Below, piece after piece: positions 19,501-27,474 of a stretch of 64,000 nt of DNA. Within the stretch, counting starts at the first letter, position 1. Every line of letters starts with the position of its first letter. Location: positions 32,001-96,000 of the forward strand of contig JBBRNJ010000003.1 of NCBI GenBank assembly GCA_038230375.1. The letters run 5' to 3'. The stretch is from Polyangiales bacterium (GTDB lineage: Bacteria > Myxococcota_A > Polyangia > Polyangiales > Polyangiaceae). The notes under the pieces were generated by a model. That model did no database searches and was not told where the DNA came from. It saw only the letters and a list, made by a program, of their open reading frames with translations. The translations under genes and the position numbers were made by a program.

Positions 19501-19671
19501 CTCACCGTCGACCTTGGCCTCACCGTCGACCTTGGCCTCACCGTCGACCTTGGCCTCACCGTCGACCTTGGCCTTGGCCTCGGACGTGTCGGGCTTCGCC
19601 TCCGCCTCTACAGGCACGGAGGGCGGGGGAGGGTCTTCGCTGGGGGGCGTTTCGGTCTTGAGGTCGCTCAT
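16525..19671 (-). CDS. ArnT/PMT-like glycosyltransferase family 39
   Basis: LWDPWETHYGEVAREI, KP, TDMPF, KGPAG and TKFHHYIFP motifs; many TM segments. Confidence 0.9.
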   Translation of the reverse strand: MSDLKTETPPSEDPPPPSVPVEAEAKPDTSEAKAKVDGEAKVDGEAKVDGEAKVDGEAKAAKVEERLIPRGNPVRRGALILGSASALFAFLLMAKNGQLRIGVPLGVIFVMLAAFSVLDYMGSFDDAPEEGKALEKRTLSDLLAPLALSVGAFIAFAATVSLAGLGLFKGMVGGVLVTAAFIALIMAIFKLGVALGPWKHDEDGNARPLHLRHGFWVLVTGALLYFPTLGLFSLWDPWETHYGEVAREILARDDWISLWWAQDGWFWSKPILNFWIQSLSMSTLGTHFHSDQMMQGFGGDGVGHPEWVVRTPNVLFTLTAMYLLYKGVAKVFGRRAGMIGAIVLATMPDWFFLAHQTMTDMPFVAAMTAAMGLLMLGLYTEEEKKVALYEVDIGSRKLRFSLFHLVFGIIILCALPQALYLLSRNLELVLSGNGPKGFRPHFDEFRSGSAVNCGIPGNEACATVAPAQVPKGLGIGIGGALWHFVGGIEPFLQGIVWLVVLGVLLWVNWGERRVRRLCYIAAWFCTAIATMGKGPAGFILPAVCAFAYLGTKRKWGELLRLEFLSGLLVLACVAAPWFVAMYVRHGSPFIDRLFFHDMFNRAFGHVHDTNEGDDTSFRFYIWQLGYATFPWVGLVPLGLTYWLRRGDSADKGKGDLSVLLVMWALFAFALFSFMGTKFHHYIFPAVPPIAMLIGVVLDDMLGKRPLTRGGGLSLPYYVTLGLGAALFVFGISRMFPGSLFGTIAGHDLEALAHADKLEGSTLTKIFTFVWRAKFAVAGVAVIAAGIKFFGSPMLDREEGDEYEEAEVSNPTASAYRGTSDPSSHRETVVSRFAHERLMVGAAAVSGVGLLALVGRDLSLDAKGTGDQPGAIRLLQLFTYNYRRPFPESLDFTSVLTAFSIAAALLMMFLAVRRLRAHAVAAFAAFALVWGLWGTDVYMMKTSPHWGQHELIEAYYRDRKNPSEMLIAYQMNWKGENFYTGNHVPAFVSTGSTFTNWLKEQRAKGTKTMYFITEHGRTGGLKSEITPKGYTELTDKNLCNKFVLVRAEL
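19494..19570. repeat. Intragenic 18-bp tandem repeat encoding AKVDGE x4
   Basis: CCTTGGCCTCACCGTCGA repeated four times. Confidence 0.9.
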
Positions 19672-19767
19672 GGTAAGTCGGACGAAGCCGACGGACGCTT
19701 AGCAACTTTGCGACCGGGAAGCCAGGGGGCGTCGATGCCCCCTGACGTCAGGGAAGTCCGATGGATT

Positions 19768-20490
19768 TCACTGGCACTGACCGCCGTGGCAGGTCGTATT
19801 TCCGGGGCACTGCGCGTTCGAGTGACATCCCGAGACACACTCGCCCGACGTACAGATCATGCCCGAGCCGTCGTTACCGGGATTGCAGTCTCCATCCGCG
19901 TGGCAGCTCGCGCCGCCACCGCTCGAGCCGCCGCCAGAGCCGCCGCCAGAGCCGCCGCCGGAGCCGCCGCCAGAGCCGGGATCGGATGTTCCCGGGTCGG
20001 CCGAGCCATCACAAGGGCCGAGCGGAAGCGTGGTCTTCGTGACCGTGACGTTGTAGCGGCCCGGGTGCTGGCGAAGGTCGGAGTTACCGAGGCCGTCGCT
20101 GATGCCGAAGAGGTACTTCGTGACCGTGGGCGAGGAGTCCAGGACCGCGATCCCGGCGCGGGTCTCGACGAAGGTGGCAGGGCCCGCGTCGTCGGTGCGT
20201 GCCACGACGCACTTGCCGGAGGCCGTGACGAGCTTCAGGTGAACACCGCAGCCATACCGCTGCGAGGATGCGACGAAGTATTGCTGGTCGACCCGCGAGT
20301 TCTTCCCGGTGCACGCGAGCGTCTGGTAGTCGCCCGGACCGCCGAAGGTCGTGATGCCGTAGGTCGTGTGGATCGCAGTGCTCATGTTCTGCGTGTCCGC
20401 AGCGACCTCGCCGTCCCCGGTTTCGGAGGCGCCCGAGCAAGCAACGACCGCGAGAGCAAAACCAGCAACGAGGGCGGACTTGAGCATCAT
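19768..20490 (-). CDS. Lipoprotein with RlpA/DPBB-like domain, Gly-Ser linker and Cys-rich tail
   Basis: Lipobox VVAC. The segment GCG..LKL...GKCVVART.DAGP...LDSS parallels RlpA G..V.V...DRGP...IDLS. Confidence 0.65.
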   Translation of the reverse strand: MMLKSALVAGFALAVVACSGASETGDGEVAADTQNMSTAIHTTYGITTFGGPGDYQTLACTGKNSRVDQQYFVASSQRYGCGVHLKLVTASGKCVVARTDDAGPATFVETRAGIAVLDSSPTVTKYLFGISDGLGNSDLRQHPGRYNVTVTKTTLPLGPCDGSADPGTSDPGSGGGSGGGSGGGSGGGSSGGGASCHADGDCNPGNDGSGMICTSGECVSGCHSNAQCPGNTTCHGGQCQ

Positions 20491-20503
20491 GGCCTACCTT
20501 GGA

Positions 20504-20517
20504 GCAAGGTGTGTGCC
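20504..20517 (-). promoter_or_regulatory. Sigma54-type -24/-12 promoter
   Basis: Minus strand GGCACACACCTTGC (GG-N10-GC), 13 nt upstream of ATG 20490. Confidence 0.7.
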
Positions 20518-20619
20518 TACGTGGGCGTCGCGACATTTAGCCTAAAAACGAGGGCATTCACCTCGGTAAGGCAACGTAGCGTGGTGTCCCACCCGGGAGA
20601 CGGAGGCCAAGCGATCCAC

Positions 20620-20641
20620 TTTCGTAAGCATGCTTACGAAA
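20620..20641. promoter_or_regulatory. Perfect 22-bp palindrome TTTCGTAAGCATGCTTACGAAA, candidate enhancer or operator
   Basis: Exact self-complementarity with no loop, 130-150 bp upstream of the sigma54-type gene start. Confidence 0.6.
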
Positions 20642-20643
20642 CC

Positions 20644-20783
20644 GAGGTCGAGGTCCTAGGTCGAGGTCGAGGTCCTAGGTCGAGGTCGAGGTCGAGGTCC
20701 TAGGTCGAAGTCGAGGTCGAGGTCCTAGGTCGAAGTCGAGGTCGAGGTCGAGGTCCAAGTCGAAGTCGAGGTCGGCGTCGAGG
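20644..20783. repeat. Hexamer tandem array 3 (GAGGTC/GAAGTC with four CTAGGTC heptamers)
   Basis: Directly visible. Begins 1 nt after the valS stop. Confidence 0.95.
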
Positions 20784-20784
20784 C

Positions 20785-23622
20785 TCAGAGCTCTTCGGCC
20801 AGCTTCTTTGCGTCTTCCAGGCGCGAGCGTGCCTCCACAAATGCGGCCTGCTGGGCTCTCGCCTCCGCAACGACCTCCGGCGGCGCCCGATCCATGAAGC
20901 CCTTGTTCGCCAGCTTCTTCTCGAGCTGGCCGAGGTCCTTCTCGATTCGCTTCAGGTCTCTCTCGATGCGCGCGAGCTGCTGCTCACGCGTCACGAGGCC
21001 CTTCAGGCCAATCAGGACCTCCACTGCTCCGAGATCGCTCGGCACCACCGCCGTGGTTGCGCCCTGTGGACGTGCGGCGCCTGTCTTCTCCACGGTCGCC
21101 GCGCCCTCGATCTTCACGAGCGCAGACACGAAGGCGGCGTGCTCCGCGAGGAGTGCGCGCGTGTCGTCCGCGTCCGTGCGGATCCAGACTGGCACCTTCG
21201 AGCCCGGCGGCACCTCGTGCTCCGACCGCACCGTGCGCGCGGCGGAGATGATCGCCTTCAGGAGGTTGGTCTGGCGCGTGACGTCCGCGTCCTTCTTTGC
21301 GTCCGTTCCGACCTCCGGATAGGGACCAAAGGCAATGCTCGCCTTGCGGCCCGCGGGCTTCGGCATGCGCTGCCACAGCTCCTCCGTCACGAAGGGCATG
21401 AGCGGGTGCATCATCCGAAGCGAGGTCTCCAGCACGTGTGCCAGCACCGCGCGCGTCTCCTTCACGAGCGCCGCGTCCTGCGACTCGCGCACGATGATCT
21501 TTGCGACCTCCAGGTACCAGGAGCAGAACTCCGTCCAGAAGAAGCGGTAGACCTCGTTCGCGCACTCGTCCACGCGGAAGCCCACGATGCCGCTGTTGCT
21601 CGCCTCGATCGCGGTCGCCATCTCGCTCACGATGAAGCGGCTCCAGAAGCCCTTCGGCGCCGTGACGTCCACGCTCGCGTCATGCGTGTAGTCTGCACCC
21701 ATCAGATCCAGTGACAGACGCGTGGCGTTCCAGATCTTGTTGATGAACTGGCGGTAGCCCTCGAGCCGTTTGGGCGCGAGCGCGATGCGCTTGTTCGAAG
21801 GCGGGAAGGTGGAGAGCGTGAAGCGAAGCGCGTCCGCGCCGAACGCGGGAAAGCCAGACCCCATGGTCGCCGCAGACGGATACGCCTTCGTGAACTTGGA
21901 GAGCGCCTCCGCTTCTGGCGCGCCGGGCATGGTCTTCGCGACCATCTCCTTGAACGTGGCGCCCTGGATCAGATCCAGCGGATCGATGACGTTGCCCTTC
22001 ACCTTGCTCATCTTGTCGCCGGTCTCGTCGACGATGAGGCCGGACAGGAGCACGCGGCGGAACGGCACCTCCTTCGTGAAGTGCAGCCCGAACATGATCA
22101 TGCGCGCGACCCAGAAGAAGAGGATGTCGTAGCCGGTCTCCAGGTCGGAGAGCTGCTTCGGATTCGTGGGATAGAACTTCGCGAGCGCGTCCGTCTTCTC
22201 GGGCCAGCCGAGCGTGGCGAACGGCCAGAGCGCGGAGGAGAACCAGGTGTCGAGCACGTCCGGATCCTGCGTCCAGCCCGCGGCCTCCGTGCATTCAGGC
22301 GGGCGCGTTGCCCCGACCTTGATCTCCCCGTTCGGTCCGTGCCACGCGGGGATCTGGTGACCCCACCAGAGCTGTCGCGACACGCACCAGTCCTGGATCT
22401 CGCCAAGGAAGTGGTCGTACGTCTTCACCCACTCCTCGGGGATTACCTCCACGCGCTTCTCGTGCACCGCCTTGAGCGCAGCGTCCGCCATGTCCTTCAT
22501 GGAGAGGAACCACTGCGTGCTGATCATGGGCTCCACCACGCCGCCGGAGCGCTGGCACTTCGGGAGCGCCAGTGTGTGCGGCTTCGACCCCCGCGCGAGG
22601 CCCTTCTCGTCCAGGGCCTTCTTCACGGCGGTGCGCGCGCGCTTGCGGTCGAGCCCGGCGAACGGGCCGCCGTTCTCGTTGAGCGTCCCATCCTTGTTGA
22701 GGATGTTGATCTCTTCGAGCTTGTGCCGCTTCCCCGTCGCGAAGTCGTTGAAGTCGTGCGCCGGTGTCACTTTGACCGCGCCGGTGCCGAACTTCATGTC
22801 GACCAGGATCGAGTCGCACACGATGGGGATCTTCCGCTCCACGAACGGATGCACGAGCATCTTGCCGTGCAGATCCTTGTAGCGAGGATCGTCGGGATGT
22901 ACGGCCACGGCCGTATCGCCGATCATGGTCTCGGGACGCGTCGTGGCGACCACGATCTCGCGGTCCGAATCGCCATCTACCTTGTACGCGAACTCGAAGA
23001 GCTCGCCGTTCGCGCCCTCCTCGGTCTCGACCTCCAGATCGCTGAGCGCGGTCTGGCACTCCGGGCACCAGTTGATGAGCCGTGTCGCGCGGTACATGAG
23101 CCCCTGCTCGAAGAGCGTCACGAACGCGTGCACCACGGCGCGGTTCATGTCCGGGTCCATGGTGAACTTGGAGCGCTTCCAGTCCGGGCTCGCGCCGAGC
23201 ATGCGCTGCTGCAGGGCAATGCGTCCGCCGCTCTGCGCCTTCCATGCCCACACCTTCTCGAGGAAGGCCTCGCGTCCCAGATCGTGGCGCGTCTTGCCGT
23301 CGCGCAAGAGCTGCCTTTCCACCACGGTCTGTGTGGCGATGCCTGCGTGATCGATCCCGGGCTGCCACAGCGTGTTGTAGCCGCGCATGCGGTACCAGCG
23401 CGTGAGGACGTCCTCGAGCGTGCAGCGCTGCGCGTGACCCATGTGCAGCGAGCCCGTCACGTTGGGCGGCGGCATGGGGATCACGTATGCGGGGCGCGTG
23501 TCCTTCGGATCGTCGGAGGCCTCGAAGACCCCTGATTTCTCCCAGAAATCGTACCACCGTGACTCCACGGCGCTGGGATCGTAGGGCTTCTCGAGGTCCG
23601 GTCGCGCGTTCTCTTCGCTCAT
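20785..23622 (-). CDS. valS: Valine--tRNA ligase
   Basis: PPPNVTGSLHMGH, DHAGIATQ, ATTRPET, DWCVSRQLWWGH, KMSK and a C-terminal coiled coil. Confidence 0.98.
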   Translation of the reverse strand: MSEENARPDLEKPYDPSAVESRWYDFWEKSGVFEASDDPKDTRPAYVIPMPPPNVTGSLHMGHAQRCTLEDVLTRWYRMRGYNTLWQPGIDHAGIATQTVVERQLLRDGKTRHDLGREAFLEKVWAWKAQSGGRIALQQRMLGASPDWKRSKFTMDPDMNRAVVHAFVTLFEQGLMYRATRLINWCPECQTALSDLEVETEEGANGELFEFAYKVDGDSDREIVVATTRPETMIGDTAVAVHPDDPRYKDLHGKMLVHPFVERKIPIVCDSILVDMKFGTGAVKVTPAHDFNDFATGKRHKLEEINILNKDGTLNENGGPFAGLDRKRARTAVKKALDEKGLARGSKPHTLALPKCQRSGGVVEPMISTQWFLSMKDMADAALKAVHEKRVEVIPEEWVKTYDHFLGEIQDWCVSRQLWWGHQIPAWHGPNGEIKVGATRPPECTEAAGWTQDPDVLDTWFSSALWPFATLGWPEKTDALAKFYPTNPKQLSDLETGYDILFFWVARMIMFGLHFTKEVPFRRVLLSGLIVDETGDKMSKVKGNVIDPLDLIQGATFKEMVAKTMPGAPEAEALSKFTKAYPSAATMGSGFPAFGADALRFTLSTFPPSNKRIALAPKRLEGYRQFINKIWNATRLSLDLMGADYTHDASVDVTAPKGFWSRFIVSEMATAIEASNSGIVGFRVDECANEVYRFFWTEFCSWYLEVAKIIVRESQDAALVKETRAVLAHVLETSLRMMHPLMPFVTEELWQRMPKPAGRKASIAFGPYPEVGTDAKKDADVTRQTNLLKAIISAARTVRSEHEVPPGSKVPVWIRTDADDTRALLAEHAAFVSALVKIEGAATVEKTGAARPQGATTAVVPSDLGAVEVLIGLKGLVTREQQLARIERDLKRIEKDLGQLEKKLANKGFMDRAPPEVVAEARAQQAAFVEARSRLEDAKKLAEEL

Positions 23623-23643
23623 CGCGCGGGTGTTTATACCACC

Positions 23644-24762
23644 TTACTTCCCGGCGGGGCAGGTGCCGGGGAGTCCGCTCACCCACTGCCGAAGCAGCGT
23701 CGCCGCTTCGTGGTGGATGGTGCTGCGACCAATCTCTGGCATCGCGATGCTCGCCTCCGTGGCCTCGACCCTGTGGATGAGGATCGACTCGTCGGGCTTG
23801 CCGGGCACCACGTCGAACGAGTTCGTGGTGCTCGCGCGACCCGCAGCGACCGGCGCCTTGCAGATGCCGAGCCGAAGCGGATCCGTCTCTGTGAACGCAA
23901 GGAAGAGCCCGGTGGTGCGCGCCTCGCCGTGCTCGCTGTGGCAGTACGCGCAGTTCGCGTCCAGGTAGGCGCGCGCGCGTGAAGACACGTCACCCGTGTT
24001 CGGATCGTTCCACGTGGGGAGCGGCGTGGGCATGGCCGCTACACCGGTGAGGATGCCCTGGGTCTGCCAGTGCGTGAGCTGCGACTCGGGCCCGTGGCCG
24101 TAGTCCATGCTGCCGGTGAGCTGATCGGCGCGCGTGCCGATGGGAAGCAGCTTCACGGGCTCCTGGCCGTGGCACTTCGGACACTGCGTGGTGCTCGGCA
24201 CCAGGTAGGTCGCGTGCTGCTTCATGCCGTCGGTGCCGGTGATGTCGAGCGGGATGACCTTGCCGCCGGGCTGGTTCGTCGCCTCGGTCTGCGCGTCGTT
24301 CCACAGGTACGAAGACGCGAGCCAGCCTGTTTCACCGCGAGCAAGGATGCGCGTCTCGACCCAGCGGACAGCGCCGTCGGGCGCCGCGGGATCGATCGGG
24401 AAGCCGAACGACTTGGTGATGATCGTGCCCTTCGGCAGATCGAGCTCACCTGTGGCCGAGTAAGGCGCGCTCTGTCCCGGTGGCGTCCAGACGGTGCGGT
24501 ACTTCACCGCGTAGTCCGAGAAGAGCGGCGTTGCGAGGGTGTACGGGACCACGCGCTCGGACAGCGGGCGAACCTGGCCGTTCTCGATGTCCACCATGCA
24601 GTAGTCCGACAGCGAGTCGTAGAGCCCATTCACGTACGAGCCATCCGCGCCGGGCGTGCACGTGGCGCTCGTCGTGGTGGTGCTGTTCGATTTCGAGGAG
24701 CAGGAGAGCGCGAGCACGGCGGACGCGAGCAGCGCGAAGGAGAATGCGATGCGCGCGCTCAT
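23644..24762 (-). CDS. SO2930-family diheme c-type cytochrome lipoprotein
   Basis: Two CxxCH motifs (CPKCH, CAYCH), plus PLFSDYA.KYR, VETR, ARAYLDANC and MPEIGR. ATGA overlap with the upstream gene. Confidence 0.88.
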   Translation of the reverse strand: MSARIAFSFALLASAVLALSCSSKSNSTTTTSATCTPGADGSYVNGLYDSLSDYCMVDIENGQVRPLSERVVPYTLATPLFSDYAVKYRTVWTPPGQSAPYSATGELDLPKGTIITKSFGFPIDPAAPDGAVRWVETRILARGETGWLASSYLWNDAQTEATNQPGGKVIPLDITGTDGMKQHATYLVPSTTQCPKCHGQEPVKLLPIGTRADQLTGSMDYGHGPESQLTHWQTQGILTGVAAMPTPLPTWNDPNTGDVSSRARAYLDANCAYCHSEHGEARTTGLFLAFTETDPLRLGICKAPVAAGRASTTNSFDVVPGKPDESILIHRVEATEASIAMPEIGRSTIHHEAATLLRQWVSGLPGTCPAGK

Positions 24763-26072
24763 GGCGTGAGCCCCGGGAAGGAGACGGCGGGCAGCTGTGG
24801 GAGTGTGCAATCGAGCTCCGGTGGATCGACCTTCATCACCGCGTAGAGCGCCGGCAGCTTCGGGTCCAGCATGTCAATGTGGAGGTTCACGGTGTGCGAG
24901 CCCGGTTGGTGCACGCAGATCTTCATCGGGTTTGGGGCCATCCCCTTCATGGGGTCCGTGATGCCGTCGTAGAGGACGTCGGAGATGTGCTTGTCGGGGA
25001 ACGCATCGATCGCCGTGGAGAGCAGGTTTCCCAGGTCTCGCGTCTTGTCCGGCATGGTGCCGCCGCCCACGAACGTGTTGTCGTGGACGTACACGCTCGC
25101 GGGGTACGGGTAGTAGATGGGGTCGTTGATGGCGATCTGCGTGATGAGGTAGCTGATCACCGACATGTTCGCGGTGTTGTTGTTCGTGAACGTGTTGCCG
25201 AAGATCTCCACGTCGTGATTGGCCATCACGAACGACCCGATGCCTGCTGGCACCACGCCCACGATGTTGCCCGTGGGCGCGAAGTTCGCCGTGTTGTTGT
25301 CGTGAATCTTGTTGTCGTGCACGCGAACTCCGTGGCCGCCCAGCTGCTGAAGGTTCGGCAGATCGAAGACCAGGAGGCCGCCGGTGTTGTCGTGCGAGTC
25401 GTTCCCGTAGACGTCGGCGTTGAACGTGTTCTCGATCTCGATGCCGGCGACGTTGCCGAACGCCTCGCTCTTGCGAACGACCACGCCGTCCGACTGGCCG
25501 ATATAGAGACCACTGTCGGAGGCGCCGCTTGCAGTGCACGCCTCGATGAGGACGTTCTTGCACTGAACGGGGTAGAGGCCGTACGCGCCGTGCAGGGTGG
25601 GGTTCGTTCCGGTCCACGTGGCCCGGACGTCGCGGAAGATGACGCCCGTGCTGCCCAGCACCTTGATGCCGTTGCCCTTCGTGTCGCGCACGGTGAAGCC
25701 CTCGAGGCGAATGTTCTTGAGGCCCTCCGCGAAGACGCCCTCGCTTCCGATGAGCTGACCCTTGAAATCGAAGATCGTCTTGTCCTTGCCCGCCCCCACG
25801 ATGGAGACGTTGTCGTTCGGGACGACGAGCTCGTTCGTGAACGCGTACGTCCCCGCCGCGATCTGGATGGTCTCACCGGCCGTCGCGGTGGCGAACACGT
25901 TAGCGATGCGGTCCTCGTTGTCGCCAGCAACGATGTTGATCGTGCAGGGCGTGCCGCCCGGGCAGCCGAGCGGCGTTGACGTAGGGTGCGTCACGGTTGG
26001 AGAAGGCGAAGACGAGGAAGAAGAACAACCCCCGATCACGAGAGCGAGAGCAGAGGCGCAGAGGTACTTCAT
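24759..26072 (-). CDS. Parallel beta-helix lipoprotein (partner of the SO2930-type cytochrome)
   Basis: GAYGLYPV, GASDSGLYIGQS, NVAGIEIEN and NTGGLLVFDLP motifs; lipobox IGGC. Confidence 0.9.
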   Translation of the reverse strand: MKYLCASALALVIGGCSSSSSSPSPTVTHPTSTPLGCPGGTPCTINIVAGDNEDRIANVFATATAGETIQIAAGTYAFTNELVVPNDNVSIVGAGKDKTIFDFKGQLIGSEGVFAEGLKNIRLEGFTVRDTKGNGIKVLGSTGVIFRDVRATWTGTNPTLHGAYGLYPVQCKNVLIEACTASGASDSGLYIGQSDGVVVRKSEAFGNVAGIEIENTFNADVYGNDSHDNTGGLLVFDLPNLQQLGGHGVRVHDNKIHDNNTANFAPTGNIVGVVPAGIGSFVMANHDVEIFGNTFTNNNTANMSVISYLITQIAINDPIYYPYPASVYVHDNTFVGGGTMPDKTRDLGNLLSTAIDAFPDKHISDVLYDGITDPMKGMAPNPMKICVHQPGSHTVNLHIDMLDPKLPALYAVMKVDPPELDCTLPQLPAVSFPGLTP

Positions 26073-26087
26073 CGTCCGGGCACTCTA

Positions 26088-26186
26088 GTCGAAGTCGAGG
26101 TCAAGGTCGAAGTCGAGGTCAAGGTCGAGGTCGAGGTCGAGGTCGAGGTCGAGGTCGAGGTCGAAGTCGAAGTCGAAGTCGACGTC
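26088..26186. repeat. Hexamer tandem array 4 (GAGGTC/GAAGTC/AAGGTC)
   Basis: Directly visible. Abuts the PilZ-gene stop, with CTAG at 26085-26088. Confidence 0.95.
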
Positions 26187-27394
26187 TACGGTCGGGACGC
26201 TTCGTCCGACTCTCTCGCCAGGTCCAGTAACAGCGCCGTCACGCTCATCCCGACCTTGTCGGCTCGCTCTACCGGACCGACCTCGAACTCGAATGAGCCA
26301 ACCTCCCACCGGAACACGCGGGACGCGGCGTCGCGCGGCGTGGCCTCGTTCGCCAGGCGCGGCTCGATGTCCACGATGGCGCCGTCGCGCACGAAGATGC
26401 GTGCAGCATGCACGAAGCTGTGCATGATCAGCACGCCGGTCATCTTCTGCATCTCGAACAACGCGAAGAGCGCCGGCAGTCTCACGCGATCCAGCTGGCC
26501 GGAGAGGTGCTGCGGCCTGGGCGCGGGCGCAGCGCCGGGGTGTCGGGGCTCGATCAGCGCGGAGAACAGCTGCTCCAGCGTCCGCCCCACGAAGTCGTCG
26601 TCGGTGTGCTCCACGTGCGCGGGCGCAGCGGCGACGAGGTTCCCGGAGGGCGTGCGTGCCTCTGGCGGCGGCGCGTTGGGATTCACTGCGGGCATCGCGA
26701 GCGATGACGAGCGCATCAGCGGCGCGCCCCTCTCGTCGTGGACCTCCACCTCGATCTGGTAGCGCGGCTTGTCTCCCGTCGCGGGTGACTCGGCCACGCT
26801 GACAGCGCGCCCCTTGAGCTTCACCGAGTGCGTCATGCCGGGCGCGGACACCTCCACGCGCACCTGGTCGCCTGGCTTGAACGGCATCGTCGTCTCGAGC
26901 AACATCGAGCGCACGCTGAGCCGATCGAGCGTCGCATCTGCCCCCGCGCCACCCTCGGGCGTGGTCCACGCGTGCAGCCGTGGCTGGATGTGCGGGCCCT
27001 GGATCCCGGGCAGGTGCGCACCAAGGTCACCCATCGCGGTGCGCTTCGGCGGCGACGGGAGCTTCAGGACATAGTCGACGAACGTGCGCAGCTGCACCTC
27101 CTGCTCCACGTTCCGCGGCATGAACTGGAGGGCGACGCCGCGCACGCGACCCGCGATGTCGGCGATGTCGAGCACGCGCGCGACGATGGCCATCACCTCG
27201 ATGTTGCGCTGACCGTCCACGGAGCCCAGGTGCAGGAGCTGCAGCGACCCGACGTCACCGATGTCGCGCTCGTACTCGAAGTAGACGCCCGTCGCGCTGA
27301 TGTTGCCCGAACGCAGCGCCGGGATCTCGTCCACGCCTTGCACCGCCACGGAGAGCGGAGTCGCGACGCGCGCGCTTCGACGGGATTCCTGCAT
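26186..27394 (-). CDS. PilZ + degenerate PilZ + DUF4388 protein
   Basis: RRSAR and NISATG PilZ motifs. The C-terminal LSGQL...TGVL...W..GSFEF...ALLLDLAR..DE matches DUF4388. Confidence 0.82.
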   Translation of the reverse strand: MQESRRSARVATPLSVAVQGVDEIPALRSGNISATGVYFEYERDIGDVGSLQLLHLGSVDGQRNIEVMAIVARVLDIADIAGRVRGVALQFMPRNVEQEVQLRTFVDYVLKLPSPPKRTAMGDLGAHLPGIQGPHIQPRLHAWTTPEGGAGADATLDRLSVRSMLLETTMPFKPGDQVRVEVSAPGMTHSVKLKGRAVSVAESPATGDKPRYQIEVEVHDERGAPLMRSSSLAMPAVNPNAPPPEARTPSGNLVAAAPAHVEHTDDDFVGRTLEQLFSALIEPRHPGAAPAPRPQHLSGQLDRVRLPALFALFEMQKMTGVLIMHSFVHAARIFVRDGAIVDIEPRLANEATPRDAASRVFRWEVGSFEFEVGPVERADKVGMSVTALLLDLARESDEASRP

Positions 27395-27474
27395 CGTTTC
27401 CGATCTTCGCGTACACCACGCGACCGCGCAAGTTCGTCGCCTTGCATCGCGACAATCAGGGTATTTTGGGCCGC

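Noticed and set aside
21995..22015. KMSKV instead of KMSKS in ValRS
   Set aside because: The catalytic Lys is retained and the fifth position varies naturally; no sign of a resistant or inactive paralogue.
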